From: Chrysomallon squamiferum
Taxonomy: Eukaryota; Animalia; Mollusca
Assembly: GCA_012295275.1 (NCBI GenBank)
Contig: CM022674.1
Coordinates: forward strand, 2,666,001 to 2,730,000
Reading direction: 5' to 3'
Length of the DNA stretch: 64,000 nt
Shown here piece by piece: positions 18,943-34,500 of the stretch. Position 1 is the first letter of the stretch. The number at the start of each line of letters is the position of its first letter. The notes below the pieces were generated by a model. It saw only the letters and a program-made list of their open reading frames with translations. It did not search any database and was not told the DNA's origin. Made by a program: the position numbers and the translations under genes.

Positions 18943-20392
18943 GTGTGTAGTGTATTATAAAGAAAGAAAGCAATTTGTTTCTTCTTTTTAAATTATAAAA
19001 TGGGTAGCAATACTGTGAAGATAAATTCAGTGGGGCTTGAGTTTCAAAAATGTTTTTGTTGCTGTTGTTGTTGTTGTTCTTGCCGTATTATTTTTATCGA
19101 GATATTTCCCTTATATTTTCTCGTTTTCTGTTTCTGTCCCCCTCATATTTGTGAGTGTGTGTATGTTTCTTTGTATGCGCGTGAATGTGGCTTTGTATTC
19201 TAATTTCTATATAGACACATGTATCAAATAAATAGCATTCTGCGTACCCAGTCACCAGCGTTTGTTTGAACCTGATATAAACAATTTTGTTACACCGTTC
19301 ATTTTATTTGTACCATGAGAGAGAAGCTGTCAGTATGACACACACACACAAGAACACACACAAAAAAACCCCATCATCATCTTTATTCTAAGTTAATAAA
19401 TAAACTAATATCTTAAGAGAACAACCAGTTATTTCTCTCTTTTTTAAATAAATAAATAAAAAATAAATCTGTTTTCTTAAACAAACATACGAACATGTAC
19501 ACGAACTGCAAAAAAACGAAACCTATAAAATACACGTAAAAGACATGCAGAACAAAACACACACAGTAAATAAAGTAACCAGAACAAAAGGAAATAAAGG
19601 ACAAATAAATAAAAATCACGATCTCGGGAGATGTTAGGCCCCAGTAGGTACTCCTGGATTTGTTTTATTACTGTACCCGAAATAAACGGAGTGACATAAC
19701 CCATTAATGTGTGATACTTGATGTTGACTTAAGATTATTTATCGATAAGTGTACACACGGATAAGGGTATTTCTTACCTTGCAGGAAAACCTGTTTTAAC
19801 ATGACTGGTATGACCTTAATTTGTAAAAATGTCGAAGCACTCGACGAGGCAGCTAGAGTTTCATACGGTACCCAGATATACGGGTGACCTAGAACTGTTA
19901 CCTCGATGGGTTTTGGCAGGCAAAGCATACGGGGAACACCTGACGTCATCGAGAAGAGAAATCACGCGCTGTGCACGAGCTGTCAGATGAGTGACTGTAC
20001 TGACAGATCACCGATTGAATTGAATACAGCCGTCGAGTGCTTTGGTCAATCGTCCGTCTCCAAAGCAGTCAGATGTGAATGATTATGTACATAATGTAAA
20101 ACGTTTATTAAAACCAATTAAAACAACTGACATGGTTACAGAACGAACGGTAGTTAGAAGCACACAGTCAAAACGACGAGAGATCTGAGTATAAGTCGTG
20201 TAGCAGTTATTCGTGTTCTAATATTAGAAAAAATGAAACTTAAATAAATAAATAAAAGAATTAACATAGTCGTGTAGCAGTTATTCGTGTTCTAATTAGA
20301 AAAGTTAAACTTAAATAAATAAATAAATAAAATAATTAATATAGAAGAACAATAATTAAAACATAGAAATGTATCTGAGTCTCGAACAACAT

Positions 20393-20427
<35 letters not shown>

Positions 20428-20659
20428 CCTCAAATATTGTTGCCGTTATTATCACTTTAAAAAAAAAAAAAAATTCAAGTGCATGCTTATTAACTGCATA
20501 TACATGTATATGCATTTTGACTGATGTGTATATTTGGGGTCGTCGTTGACCAGCAGTCTATTTAATAACAATAGCTACAACAACAACAAAACCAAAGCGC
20601 ATTTGTTATCGAGCTAACAGAGCGACCGGAATATGAGATCACGTGATGTATTCAAAGCG

Positions 20660-20750
20660 GATGTCAAACAGAACGAGTAGAGAACACATATTTTCTGTGT
20701 GAATTTGTGAGTCTTATAAGATTGGAGTTTCAATTCCATTTCTACAATAG
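20660..20750 (+). promoter_or_regulatory. Candidate first non-coding exon and promoter of the NLR-like gene
   Basis: Strong donor AG|gtaagc at 20750/20751. It is preceded by a CpG-containing stretch with an E-box (cacgtg, ~20640). The start is approximate and the link to the downstream gene is inferred from orientation only. Confidence 0.35.
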
Positions 20751-21247
20751 GTAAGCAAAATTTATGCTATACTGTTCAGAGTGGTGACTGTTTGATTGTT
20801 TATTTATTTCACTGTGAACTTAGTTATTAATGTTCTTTTATGACCTCTGACTCTAGTACCCGAAATTCGACTTTCGTTTGTGTTTTTTCTTTAAGAACAA
20901 CCCTTAAGAACCAGGAAAGAATAATATTATTTTTATTAAACTATTTATTTATTTATTTGTGACATGGTATAGAACAATGAGCAATTAGTATTAATTAATT
21001 AATTTTTTTTTAATTTAATTCATTATTTATTTATTTATTTATTATTAGACTGAATTACATCTTTGTATAAACGACAACAACAAAAAACACACACACAAAA
21101 AAAAAAAAACACACACAAAAAAAACACAGTAAAGTAAACGGTGTCAAAGTATAACTAACCACTTGATGTACAAGCAGTTTGTAAAAAACAATAATGTACA
21201 CTTTTTTCAGTTATGTTATAAAACAGTTGTTGGAGGAATAAAATATC

Positions 21248-21290
<43 letters not shown>

Positions 21291-21878
21291 TATTTTTTAT
21301 TTATTTATTTTTTTCGTTTAATATGCAGTGTCGTCTCATTAATACTTTATTTTGGACAAAGTCATGAAACATTTGCATTGTTAAATATCCCGATTTCATT
21401 GAAAGAAAAATAATTATTATTTTCTTAAATTACATCCCTACGAGAAATTAAATCAACGGATAAATACTACGGTAGAAATAACTTTGTAAATGTTTGAGAA
21501 TAACATTTTTAATTTTAAAATTTAATGATAAAATGAACAAGGTCATTGTTACTTTAAGGTGATATTGTCACGTGATGTAAATACCTGAGGCACGTAATGT
21601 GAGTTTTGTCACGTAGACTCGAGTAAGCCAAAAAAGTATTCCTTTTCTTGTGATTATTATTTTCTTGATTAAAAGTAAATAAATAAATTTAAAAAAAAAA
21701 AAAAAAAATAAAATTACTCGTTTTTGAAATAAATAAATGATTCAATGAAGAGTTTCTGTACTGTAAATGTTATTGACTTTGAAATAATAATTTATAATAA
21801 TTACGTGTGCATATCATATCATACATAGATATTTTAAAAATGATACCGTACTGTCAGATTTTCTGAATATGTGACTAT

Positions 21879-21937
<59 letters not shown>

Positions 21938-24018
21938 ATAATAATAATAATAACATCAAAAAAAATAACAATAATAAAGAATATATATTTTCCTAGTTTG
22001 CAAAAAATAAAAAATAAAAACAAAAATAAAAATGTATTATTATTATTAGCACGTAGGAACAAAAACTCGCAATGGCACAAATTACGTGACCGGAAAAAAT
22101 GCCTCCGGAATTTAATGGGTGCAAACTACACCTGAATGGTCTTCGCTGTTGGGTTCTGATACGGTGAACATTGCCAGTTACAAAAGTGAATACATTAATC
22201 TTGTATCGATATTATAATTTTAGTTTATAATGCATGCACAAACATAATCCAGTTTGAAAGGTTTAATTAAGTTGAAAAAGTAGTTACGAAAGGCGAAGGA
22301 CACCATGGTTTGGTAATATGAACAACCATATTTATCTTTATCAGTGCAAATCATAAAAAGTTCAGACAATAGACGTAAAATAATTTAATTTGACATTTTA
22401 AAAACTTCCGTGAGCTCACAGAAACTTCCGATCAAAATCCAAGATGGCAGCGTCGAACGCCGATCAATGATTACTAACTTTTAAACAGGTGTTCCTTCAT
22501 AATGCAATCAATTCTACATGGATTATTAAGTGAAATTTGGGGAAATATGTCATTTAATCAATGCCTCGTATACACAGATATTTATTATTGAGTAAAAATT
22601 GCTACAAAGGTTGATAACATGTTTCTTTTCTATTTTGTTTTGGTAACGTTGACGTCATACCATCTCATACTGGTTCGTACTAAATATTTTATTAAGATTT
22701 TATTACGACGTCGCCAGCCAAAGAATAAAAATAAATAAAAAATAATATAAGATGACTATCCTCATTAGGTATCGTAATTTGGACACATTACTCTACTAAA
22801 ACTCCACAGCGGACAGTTCTGAGTACGTAGTTGTAAAACGGTACTTGAAGCTATTCTGTCGTATACATTTTTATTTATTTATTTATTTATTTATTATTGT
22901 TTTTTATAATATTTATTTCCTTTTTCAATTAATTAGAAGTGGTATTTACATGTAAAAAGCAAACTGATCACATGCTATTTGAATGATTGCCTTGATACAT
23001 TCATCATAACGCTTGATACCCATTTTACAACAAAAAATTGCAAAAAATATAAAAAAAATCAAAGGTCAGTCAACCAACTGCATAAAAAAATTAGTTAAAA
23101 ATTAATTTTTCACACTTTTTCAGTAAAAAAAAAAAAAAAAAAACATTCGTCTTCTAAAATATGTACTATTATGTATGCAAACAATGTGTTTAGATTTTTA
23201 TTTTTTTAAAAATCATTTTCCATCCTATTCTTCTTCTTCTTCTTCTTCTTCTTCTTCTTCTTCTTCTTCTTCTTCTTCTTCTTCTTCTTCTTCTTTTTCT
23301 TCTTCTTATTATTATCATAAACTGAATTTTGTGATGCTCGTACACACATTGTTAAGATTTTAGTCTGGGTCAGTTCATCAGTTCTAAAATAAATAAAAAC
23401 TGCTGCTGCTGCTGCTGCTGCTGCTAAGAAGAAGAAGAACAACAACAACAACAACAGTAATCTTAGTTTGACACACCTGTAATTTACTTTTCTTTGTCTT
23501 ATTTGAATTGTAATCACTCATACATGTACATAAACTAGATGACCCTGTACTAGAACAGTACACACAAGTGCATTGTCTTTTTGTATAGCTATTATAATTT
23601 ACTTGATGCCTAAGTTATTTGATTTTCTCACTATCCAGCTGTTTGGATTTTTTATGCAAAAAAAAAAAAAAAAAACTAAATAAAAATATAAAAAGATGCA
23701 GTAATTGTTTGTGACAAATTTCCTGTTTATTAACTGAAATTCTGTGTAGGAAAAGGCAAAATCATTTCATCAGTGAAATTAAAAGTAACAACAATTTTTA
23801 TATGGAAATAGTTCCAAGATTTCATCCTGTCTGTTTTAATTATAATTCTTATTGTTTTCGAGAATGTGGATTTTTTGTTGTTGTTGTTGTTTTTGAAAAG
23901 AAAATGTTTTTATTTTATTATATTTTATTTATTTTATTTTCTAAATGAAAATTGAAACATATATTAACAATAACTCAGATTTGGAAACGTCTATGTTTTG
24001 TATTGTTCTTTTGACAGG

Positions 24019-24525
24019 AGTGAAGAGTTGTATGGTCAGTTACAGACAACTAGTTTAACAGAAAACATCAAAAATCTCAAAATGGGTTAAAGTGATATAA
24101 TAAGTAAGTAAATGTTTCGAGAGTAATGTATTTATGTATATATGTGATTCTGCAGTCAGTACTGTAATAAAGAACAACAGTGTGCATTAATAATTTTTTG
24201 ATACTTCGAAAAATAACAATTGTAATGAATTTACTTTTAAATTTAGTAAGTATTTTATTTTATTTTTCTTGACAGTTAATTCATTGTTTTTTTTCGTTGT
24301 TTTTGTGTGTTTTTTTTTTTATATTTTGGGTAAATTTTTCCATACTAATAATTAAAAAAATGTATTACATGGCAATATTAATTTAAGAAGAGCAGTAAAT
24401 CAGTGTGTAAGTTTTGTATTGTTCTATTGACAGGTCAGAAGAGTTGTATGGTCAGCGACAGACAACTGGTTTAACATACAGTAGATAACATCTAAAGATG
24501 GGTTAAACTGAATTGTAAGTAAGTA
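24019..24525 (+). repeat. Two diverged copies of an exon-like ~85-nt segment (candidate 5' UTR exons)
   Basis: ttgacag|gagtgaagagttgtatggtcagttacagacaact...gtaagtaaatgtt (24019-24102) and ttgacag|gtcagaagagttgtatggtcagcgacagacaact...gtaagtaaatgtt (24434-~24519). Both keep acceptor and donor consensus. Confidence 0.55.
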
Positions 24526-25590
24526 AATGTTCTGTTTGTTTAAATTACTTACATTTAAACACAAACAGAAGCAGAAACACACACACATACATACCCATAC
24601 ATGTACAGATTTCAAATTCAAGAATGATAAAAGTGACTGTCAGTAAAAAATACTAAATTTTAATTTAATATTATTAGTTTACAATGTACAGTACAAGACT
24701 GACAAAACTTCAGTTGTCAGAGTTTGTAATCATTTCTTTACAAGTTTTTAACCTTTATGTAAACTATCTTACACTGACTTCAGTAAGGAAATTTATCTGT
24801 CTCTGATATTACAAATAATTTATATTAAATAAAATTGATTTTTGCCTTAGTTTTCTTTTATTTCTGGGGAAGAGTGTTATGCCTGTTGCGGGGTTCTAGT
24901 TTGGTCACATGACGACTGTGTTAAGTATGGGTTGCATGCGACTGGGTTAGATGCCCTGTAACGCCAGTAAACCCAGTTAGGTGACACAAACTTTCATTCA
25001 AACATTTTAAAACATAAACGCAGTATTTTTATAATCTAGCAAAGAAAACATTTGTTTCAAGTGGAGGTGTGTGTTTATGTTTATACATCTTTAATATGTC
25101 ATACATTATATTTACTGTGGAATAATTTTCATTCAGAAAACTATCAAACTGTTTAAAATAATAATAGAATAATGACTGTTAGTATCATTTGAAAATACAT
25201 TTACATTTAAAGTTAATGTGCAGGAATATCTATTCAAACACAGACATTAGTTGTTATAATTTCTGTAGAATAATTCTTAGCTACATGAAATAATTTTGAA
25301 ACATGTTAAACAAATGTTTTTTCAGTTACATGTATATTTAGTGTAAGGAAATAATTTTTAGAAAATAATTAAATAAAGAAATGTGTACATAGTTTAACAA
25401 TATGATAATGGTTGAATGTTGTTCTGTTTACAGATGTCAGTATTGTGTTGGTGGTCTGTCAAGATGAAAGTTTCAAACACAGCACACAGGAAATGTGTCT
25501 GTACATTAACATGAGACCATAAACTGACCAAGTTCTGGAATGGAAAATGTAGTAGATTACTGAAAGCTGAAAACTACAAATCCTCAAAGT

Positions 25591-28500
25591 ATGTTGATAC
25601 AAACAGACACAACAGAGAGAAATATAACTGAGTAATATTTATTTAACAAATATAAGAGTGTTGTCACCATGATTTGAAGTTCTACCCATGTTCATACTTA
25701 TTTATTCCAAAAATTTAATATTTTCAGAACTTCTTATGGTACTAAATAAGTAAATATAAAATACTTTAAGAATTAAATTGAAAACAAACAAATATGAATA
25801 GTCTATTAAAAATGAGTACACAGAAAACTGAAAATATAATATGCATTGGGAAAATTGTTAAGCACTCTGGTAGAGAGAAAATGTTACTTTGAGTGTCTAG
25901 ATTACATCTGTAGTTAAAGGGTTCACTGGCAACTATTTTTATTTCTTTTATTCATTATATTGTCATATAATTACCAGTACTATTTAATACTAAAAATATG
26001 TCATTCCAAAGTGTAGAGCTGCAGAGTTCATAAATACTCAAGATAACATTTTCAGAGAGAAAGTGTTACATTGAGTCTCTAGATTACATCTGCAGTTAAA
26101 GGGTTCACTGGCAACTAAACATTCAGGTGCCTCCAACTCATCGCTCCACTTAAATGTTGGGTTTGTCAAATGGTCAACAAATGTCATTCTCAGTGCTAAG
26201 CTGATTCCACTTCCATTGTATATAAAATGTCCAACTATGATCAAATGTTCTCGAGTGGATTCAAAACTGAATTCATGACTGATCAAGGCAGAAGTGTTAA
26301 AACACTGTTTTGTACATAGCCTGTTGGAGGTCACTACTTAACTGATGACTGTAACTGTACTGAAGCTGATATCCTGTAGGTTTGATATCTTAAATTTATT
26401 CCTGTTATCTGCCATCTTTGTGTTTCTCTTGTCCACCATTGTGCCTTGTTGACACTGAATGACTGAGTTGTGGAGTTAAAGATCCCTGTCAGATACATGA
26501 GCAAACTCCAGTTCAAGAAAAACATGCAGACTTGATGCACTGGCCTATCAGATTGAAATCAGTTTTAACTGTGTTTCAGAAACAGGCAACATCATTCTGT
26601 TGTTAATTATCACAAAGTTGTAATTACTTGTAATTATTTCAGTGGTTAAATTTTCTCCAGGTGTGTATTTGAGACATTTCCATTCTTATTGTTCATAGCA
26701 CATAAATAACTGCAGTAAGAATATAATTAAGACTATTCAGATATTATCTGTACATTTATTCTGTTTATATATCATAATTCAGTTACAGGATTAAGTGTTA
26801 CTATTCTGATATTACTCATATAAATCCTGAATAATTTTAACTCACCCAAGTATGACTGTTCTACATGTTTTTGGAATTTGTGAATAGTTTTCAAAGAAAT
26901 GACAGGAAGATTTAAAATCAAATAGTAACTTCATATAAGACAAATTTCTATATAATTTATTTAATTGATTTCTGATGTCAACGTGTTCTGAGAATGAAAA
27001 ATGCATTAAATGGAAAGTTCGTGTCCCCTAAACCTAAAATAATGTCAGTGCAGTAATTTTCATTGTCTCTTGTTACATTGCTCAGATTTAGTCATTTCCA
27101 GTGATTTCTGACAACTGTTCTGTTGATTTATATCATGCATATCCATAATGTTTAGATAAATTTGGATCAGCTCTAGTAAATCTGTGTGTATTTCAGGTTG
27201 AATATGTCCAGTCACAAAAGCAGCAGAACTGCTGAGAAACAAGGTAATGCAGAGCCAGAACCTGCTGGCAAACCACCACCCCCTGAAAAGAAGAAAACTA
27301 TCAATTCCGAAACAAGGTAATTAATTAGAACTAATTTTTTACATAACTAATTGTTAAAATTGTGTTTTCATGAGTTCTTTTAAATATCATAATATAATAT
27401 CTCTATTTCAAAAATTGGGACATTTATTAGAACCGTTTTTATTTGATTATTTTTTTTTTGAAATGTTCCAGGAATATTATTATAGAATAAAAATTGAGAA
27501 TGTTGATACAAACAGACACACAGAGAAAAATAATCAAGTAATATTTATTTATCAGATATAACAGTGTTGTCACCCTGATTTGAAGTTCTACCCATGTTCA
27601 TACTTATTTATTCCAAAAATTTAATATTTTAAGAACTTCTTATGGTACTAAATAAGTAAATATAAAATACTTTAAGAATTAAATTGAAAACAAACAAATA
27701 TGAATAGTCTATTAAAAATGAGTACACAGAAAACTGAAAATATAATATGCATTGGGAAAATTGTTAAGCACTCTGGTAGAGAGAAAATGTTACTTTGAGT
27801 GTCTAGATTACATCTGTAGTTAAAGGGTTCACTGGCAACTATTTTTATTTCTTTTATTCATTATATTGTCATATAATTACCAGTACTATTTAATACTAAA
27901 AATATGTCATTCCAAAGTGTGGAGCTGCAGAGTTCATAAATACTCAAGATAACATTTTCAGAGAGAAAGTGTTACATTGAGTCTCTAGATTACATCTGTA
28001 GTTAAAGGGTTCACTGGCAACTAAACATTCAGGTGCCTCCAACTCATCGCTCCACTTAAATGTTGGGTTTGTCAAATGGTCAACAAATATCATTCTCAGT
28101 GCTAAGCTGATTCCACTTCCATTGTATATAAAATGTCCAACTATGATCAAATGTTCTCGAGTGGATTCAAAACTGAATTCATGACTGATCAAGGCAGAAG
28201 TGTTAAAACACTGTTTTGTACATAGCCTGTTGGAGGTCACTACTTAACTGATGACTGTAACTGTACTGAAGCTGATATCCTGTAGGTTTGATATCTTAAA
28301 TTTATTCCTGTTATCTGCCATCTTTGTGTTTCTCTTGTCCACCATTGTGCCTTGTTGACACTGAATGACTGAGTTGTGGAGTTAAAGATCCCTGTCAGAT
28401 ACATGAGCAAACTCCAGTTCAAGAAAAACATGCAGACTTGATGCACTGGCCTATCAGATTGAAATCAGTTTTAACTGTGTTTCAGAAACAGGCAACATCA

Positions 28501-31500
28501 TTCTGTTGTTAATTATCACAAAGTTGTAATTACTTGTAATTATTTCAGTGGTTAAATTTTCTCCAGGTGTGTATTTGAGACATTTCCATTCTTATTGTTC
28601 ATAGCACATAAATAACTGCAGTAAGAATATAATTAAGACTATTCAGATATTATCTGTACATTTATTCTGTTTATATATCATAATTCAGTTACAGGATTAA
28701 GTGTTACTATTCTGATATTACTCATATAAATCCTGAATAATTTTAACTCACCCAAGTATGACTGTTCTACATGTTTTTGGAATTTGTGAATAGTTTTCAA
28801 AGAAATGACAGGAAGATTTAAAATCAAATAGTAACTTCATATAAGACAAATTTCTATATAATTTATTTAATTGATTTCTGATGTCAACGTGTTCTGAGAA
28901 TGAAAAATGCATTAAATGGAAAGTTCGTGTCCCAAACCTAAAATAATGTCAGTGCAGTAATTTTCATTGTCTCTTGTTACATTGCTCAGATTTAGTCATT
29001 TCCAGTGATTTCTGACAACTGTTCTGTTGATTTATATCATGCATATCCATAATGTTTAGATAAATTTGGATCAGCTCTAGTAAATCTGTGTGTATTTCAG
29101 GTTGAATATGTCCAGTCACAAAAGCAGCAGAACTGCTGAGAAACAAGGTAATGCAGAGCCAGAACCTGCTGGCAAACCACCACCCCCTGAAAAGAAGAAA
29201 ACTATCAATTCCGAAACAAGGTAATTAATTAGAACTAATTTTTTACATAACTAATTGTTAAAATTGTGTTTTCATGAGTGCTTTTAAATATCATAATATA
29301 ATATCTCTATTTCAAAAATTGGGACATTTATTAGAACCGTTTTTATCTGATTATTTTTTTTTTTTTTGAAATGTTCCAGGAATATTATTATAGAATAAAA
29401 ATTGAGAATGTTGATACAAACAGACACACAGAGAAAAATAATCAAGTAATATTTATTTATCAGATATAACAGTGTTGTCACCCTGATTTGAAGTTCTACC
29501 CATGTTCATACTTATTTATTCCAAAAATTTAATATTTTAAGAACTTCTTATGGTACTAAATAAGTAAATATAAAATACTTTAAGAATTAAATTGAAAACA
29601 AACAAATATGAATAGTCTATTAAAAATGAGTACACAGAAAACTGAAAATATAATATGCATTGGGAAAATTGTTAAGCACTCTGGTAGAGAGAAAATGTTA
29701 CTTTGAGTGTCTAGATTACATCTGTAGTTAAAGGGTTCACTGGCAACTATTTTTATTTCTTTTATTCATTATATTGTCATATAATTACCAGTACTATTTA
29801 ATACTAAAAATATGTCATTCCAAAGTGTGGAGCTGCAGAGTTCATAAATACTCAAGATAACATTTTCAGAGAGAAAGTGTTACATTGAGTCTCTAGATTA
29901 CATCTGTAGTTAAAGGGTTCACTGGCAACTAAACATTCAGGTGCCTCCAACTCATCGCTCCACTTAAATGTTGGGTTTGTCAAATGGTCAACAAATATCA
30001 TTCTCAGTGCTAAGCTGATTCCACTTCCATTGTATATAAAATGTCCAACTATGATCAAATGTTCTCGAGTGGATTCAAAACTGAATTCATGACTGATCAA
30101 GGCAGAAGTGTTAAAACACTGTTTTGTACATAGCCTGTTGGAGGTCACTACTTAACTGATGACTGTAACTGTACTGAAGCTGATATCCTGTAGGTTTGAT
30201 ATCTTAAATTTATTCCTGTTATCTGCCATCTTTGTGTTTCTCTTGTCCACCATTGTGCCTTGTTGACACTGAATGACTGAGTTGTGGAGTTAAAGATCCC
30301 TGTCAGATACATGAGCAAACTCCAGTTCAAGAAAAACATGCAGACTTGATGCACTGGCCTATCAGATTGAAATCAGTTTTAACTGTGTTTCAGAAACAGG
30401 CAACATCATTCTGTTGTTAATTATCACAAAGTTGTAATTACTTGTAATTATTTCAGTGGTTAAATTTTCTCCAGGTGTGTATTTGAGACATTTCCATTCT
30501 TATTGTTCATAGCACATAAATAACTGCAGTAAGAATATAATTAAGACTATTCAGATATTATCTGTACATTTATTCTGTTTATATATCATAATTCAGTTAC
30601 AGGATTAAGTGTTACTATTCTGATATTACTCATATAAATCCTGAATAATTTTAACTCACCCAAGTATGACTGTTCTACATGTTTTTGAATTTGTGAATAG
30701 TTTTCAAAGAAATGACAGGAAGATTTAAAATCAAATAGTAACTTCATATAAGACAAATTTCTATATAATTTATTTAATTGATTTCTGATGTCAACGTGTT
30801 CTGAGAATGAAAAATGCATTAAATGGAAAGTTCGTGTCCCGAAACCTAAAATAATGTCAGTGCAGTAATTTTCATTGTCTCTTGTTACATTGCTCAGATT
30901 TAGTCATTTCCAGTGATTTCTGACAACTGTTCTGTTGATTTATATCATGCATATCCATAATGTTTAGATAAATTTGGATCAGCTCTAGTAAATCTGTGTG
31001 TATTTCAGGTTGAACATGTCCAGTCACAAAAGCAGCAGAACTGCTGAGAAACAAGGTAATGCAGAGCCAGAACCTGCTGGCAAACCACCCCCCCCTGAAA
31101 AGAAGAAAACAAGGTAATTAATTAGAACTAATTTTTTACATAACTAATTGTTAAAATTGTGTTTTCATGAGTGCTTTTAAATATCATAATATAATATCTC
31201 TATTTCAAAAATTGGGACATTTATTAGAACCGTTTTTATTTGATTATTTTTTTTTGAAATGTTCCAGGAATATTATTATAGAATAAAAATTGAGAATGTT
31301 GATACAAACAGACACACAGAGAAAAATAATCAAGTAATATTTATTTATCAGATATAACAGTGTTGTCACCCTGATTTGAAGTTCTACCCATGTTCATACT
31401 TATTTATTCCAAAAATTTAATATTTTAAGAACTTCTTATGGTACTAAATAAGTAAATATAAAATACTTTAAGAATTAAATTGAAAACAAACAAATATGAA

Positions 31501-34500
31501 TAGTCTATTAAAAATGAGTACACAGAAAACTGAAAATATAATATGCATTGGGAAAATTGTTAAGCACTCTGGTAGAGAGAAAATGTTACTTTGAGTGTCT
31601 AGATTACATCTGTAGTTAAAGGGTTCACTGGCAACTATTTTTATTTCTTTTATTCATTATATTGTCATATAATTACCAGTACTATTTAATACTAAAAATA
31701 TGTCATTCCAAAGTGTGGAGCTGCAGAGTTCATAATACTCAAGATAACATTTTCAGAGAGAAAGTGTTACATTGAGTCTCTAGATTACATCTGTAGTTAA
31801 AGGGTTCACTGGCAACTAAACATTCAGGTGCCTCCAACTCATCGCTCCACTTAAATGTTGGGTTTGTCAAATGGTCAACAAATATCATTCTCAGTGCTAA
31901 GCTGATTCCACTTCCATTGTATATAAAATGTCCAACTATGATCAAATGTGCTCTAGTGGATTCAAAACTGAATTCATGACTGATCAAGGCAGAAGTGTTA
32001 AAACACTGTTTTGTACATAGCCTGTTGGAGGTCACTACTTAACTGATGACTGTAACTGTACTGAAGCTGATATCCTGTAGGTTTGATATCTTAAATTTAT
32101 TCCTGTTATCTGCCATCTTTGTGTTTCTCTTGTCCACCATTGTGCCTTGTTGACACTGAATGACTGAGTTGTGGAGTTAAAGATCCCTGTCAGATACATG
32201 AGCAAACTCCAGTTCAAGAAAAACATGCAGACTTGATGCACTGGCCTATCAGATTGAAATCAGTTTTAACTGTGTTTCAGAAACAGGCAACATCATTCTG
32301 TTGTTAATTATCACAAAGTTGTAATTACTTGTAATTATTTCAGTGGTTAAATTTTCTCCAGGTGTGTATTTGAGACATTTCCATTCTTATTGTTCATAGC
32401 ACATAAATAACTGCAGTAAGAATATAATTAAGACTATTCAGATATTATCTGTACATTTATTCTGTTTATATATCATAATTCAGTTACAGGATTAAGTGTT
32501 ACTATTCTGATATTACTCATATAAATCCTGAATAATTTTAACTCACCCAAGTATGACTGTTCTACATGTTTTCGGAATTTGTGAATAGTTTTCAAAGAAA
32601 TGACAGGAAGATTTAAAATCAAATAGTAACTTCATATAAGACAAATTTCTATATAATTTATTTAATTGATTTCTGATGTCAACGTGTTCTGAGAATGAAA
32701 AATGCATTAAATGGAAAGTTCGTGTCCCAAAACCTAAAATAATGTCAGTGCAGTAATTTTCATTGTCTCTTGTTACATTGCTCAGATTTAGTCATTTCCA
32801 GTGATTTCTGACAACTGTTCTGTTGATTTATATCATGCATATCCATAATGTTTAGATAAATTTGGATCAGCTCTAGTAAATCTGTGTGTATTTCAGGTTG
32901 AATATGTCCAGTCACAAAAGCAGCAGAACTGCTGAGAAACAAGGTAATGCAGAGCCAGAACCTGCTGGCAAACCACCACCCCTGAAAAAAGAAGAAAACT
33001 ATCAATTCCGAAACAAGGTAATTAATTAGAACTAATTTTTTACATAACTAATTGTTAAAATTGTGTTTTCATGAGTGCTTTTAAATATCATAATATAATA
33101 TCTCTATTTCAAAAATTGGGACATTTATTAGAACCGTTTTTATCTGATTATGTTTTTTTTTAAATGTTCCAGGAATATTATTATAGAATAAAAATTGAGA
33201 ATGTTGATACAAACAGACACACAGAGAAAAATAATCAAGTAATATTTATTTATCAGATATAACAGTGTTGTCACCCTGATTTGAAGTTCTACCCATGTTC
33301 ATACTTATTTATTCCAAAAATTTAATATTTTAAGAACTTCTTATGGTACTAAATAAGTAAATATAAAATACTTTAAGAATTAAATTGAAAACAAACAAAT
33401 ATGAATAGTCTATTAAAAATGAGTACACAGAAAACTGAAAATATAATATGCATTGGGAAAATTGTTAAGCACTCTGGTAGAGAGAAAATGTTACTTTGAG
33501 TGTCTAGATTACATCTGTAGTTAAAGGGTTCACTGGCAACTATTTTTATTTCTTTTATTCATTATATTGTCATATAATTACCAGTACTATTTAATACTAA
33601 AAATATGTCATTCCAAAGTGTGGAGCTGCAGAGTTCATAAATACTCAAGATAACATTTTCAGAGAGAAAGTGTTACATTGAGTCTCTAGATTACATCTGT
33701 AGTTAAAGGGTTCACTGGCAACTAAACATTCAGGTGCCTCCAACTCATCGCTCCACTTAAATGTTGGGTTTGTCAAATGGTCAACAAATATCATTCTCAG
33801 TGCTAAGCTGATTCCACTTCCATTGTATATAAAATGTCCAACTATGATCAAATGTGCTCTAGTGGATTCAAAACTGCATTCATGACTGATCAAGGCAGAA
33901 GTGTTAAAACACTGTTTTGTACATAGCCTGTTGGAGGTCACTACTTAACTGATGACTGTAACTGTACTGAAGCTGATATCCTGTAGGTTTGATATCTTAA
34001 ATTTATTCCTGTTATCTGCCATCTTTGTGTTTCTCTTGTCCACCATTGTGCCTTGTTGACACTGAATGACTGAGTTGTGGAGTTAAAGATCCCTGTCAGA
34101 TACATGAGCAAACTCCAGTTCAAGAAAAACATGCAGACTTGATGCACTGGCCTATCAGATTGAAATCAGTTTTAACTGTGTTTCAGAAACAGGCAACATC
34201 ATTCTGTTGTTAATTATCACAAAGTTGTAATTACTTGTAATTATTTCAGTGGTTAAATTTTCTCCAGGTGTGTATTTGAGACATTTCCATTCTTATTGTT
34301 CATAGCACATAAATAACTGCAGTAAGAATATAATTAAGACTATTCAGATATTATCTGTACATTTATTCTGTTTATATATCATAATTCAGTTACAGGATTA
34401 AGTGTTACTATTCTGATATTACTCATATAAATCCTGAATAATTTTAACTCACCCAAGTATGACTGTTCTACATGTTTTTGGAATTTGTGAATAGTTTTCA

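Noticed and set aside
22400-22460. aaacttccg and aatccaagatggc motifs (ETS/YY1-like), with the reverse complement near 6865
   Set aside because: These are short motifs that also occur in common small transposons. Without transcript data they cannot be called a promoter.
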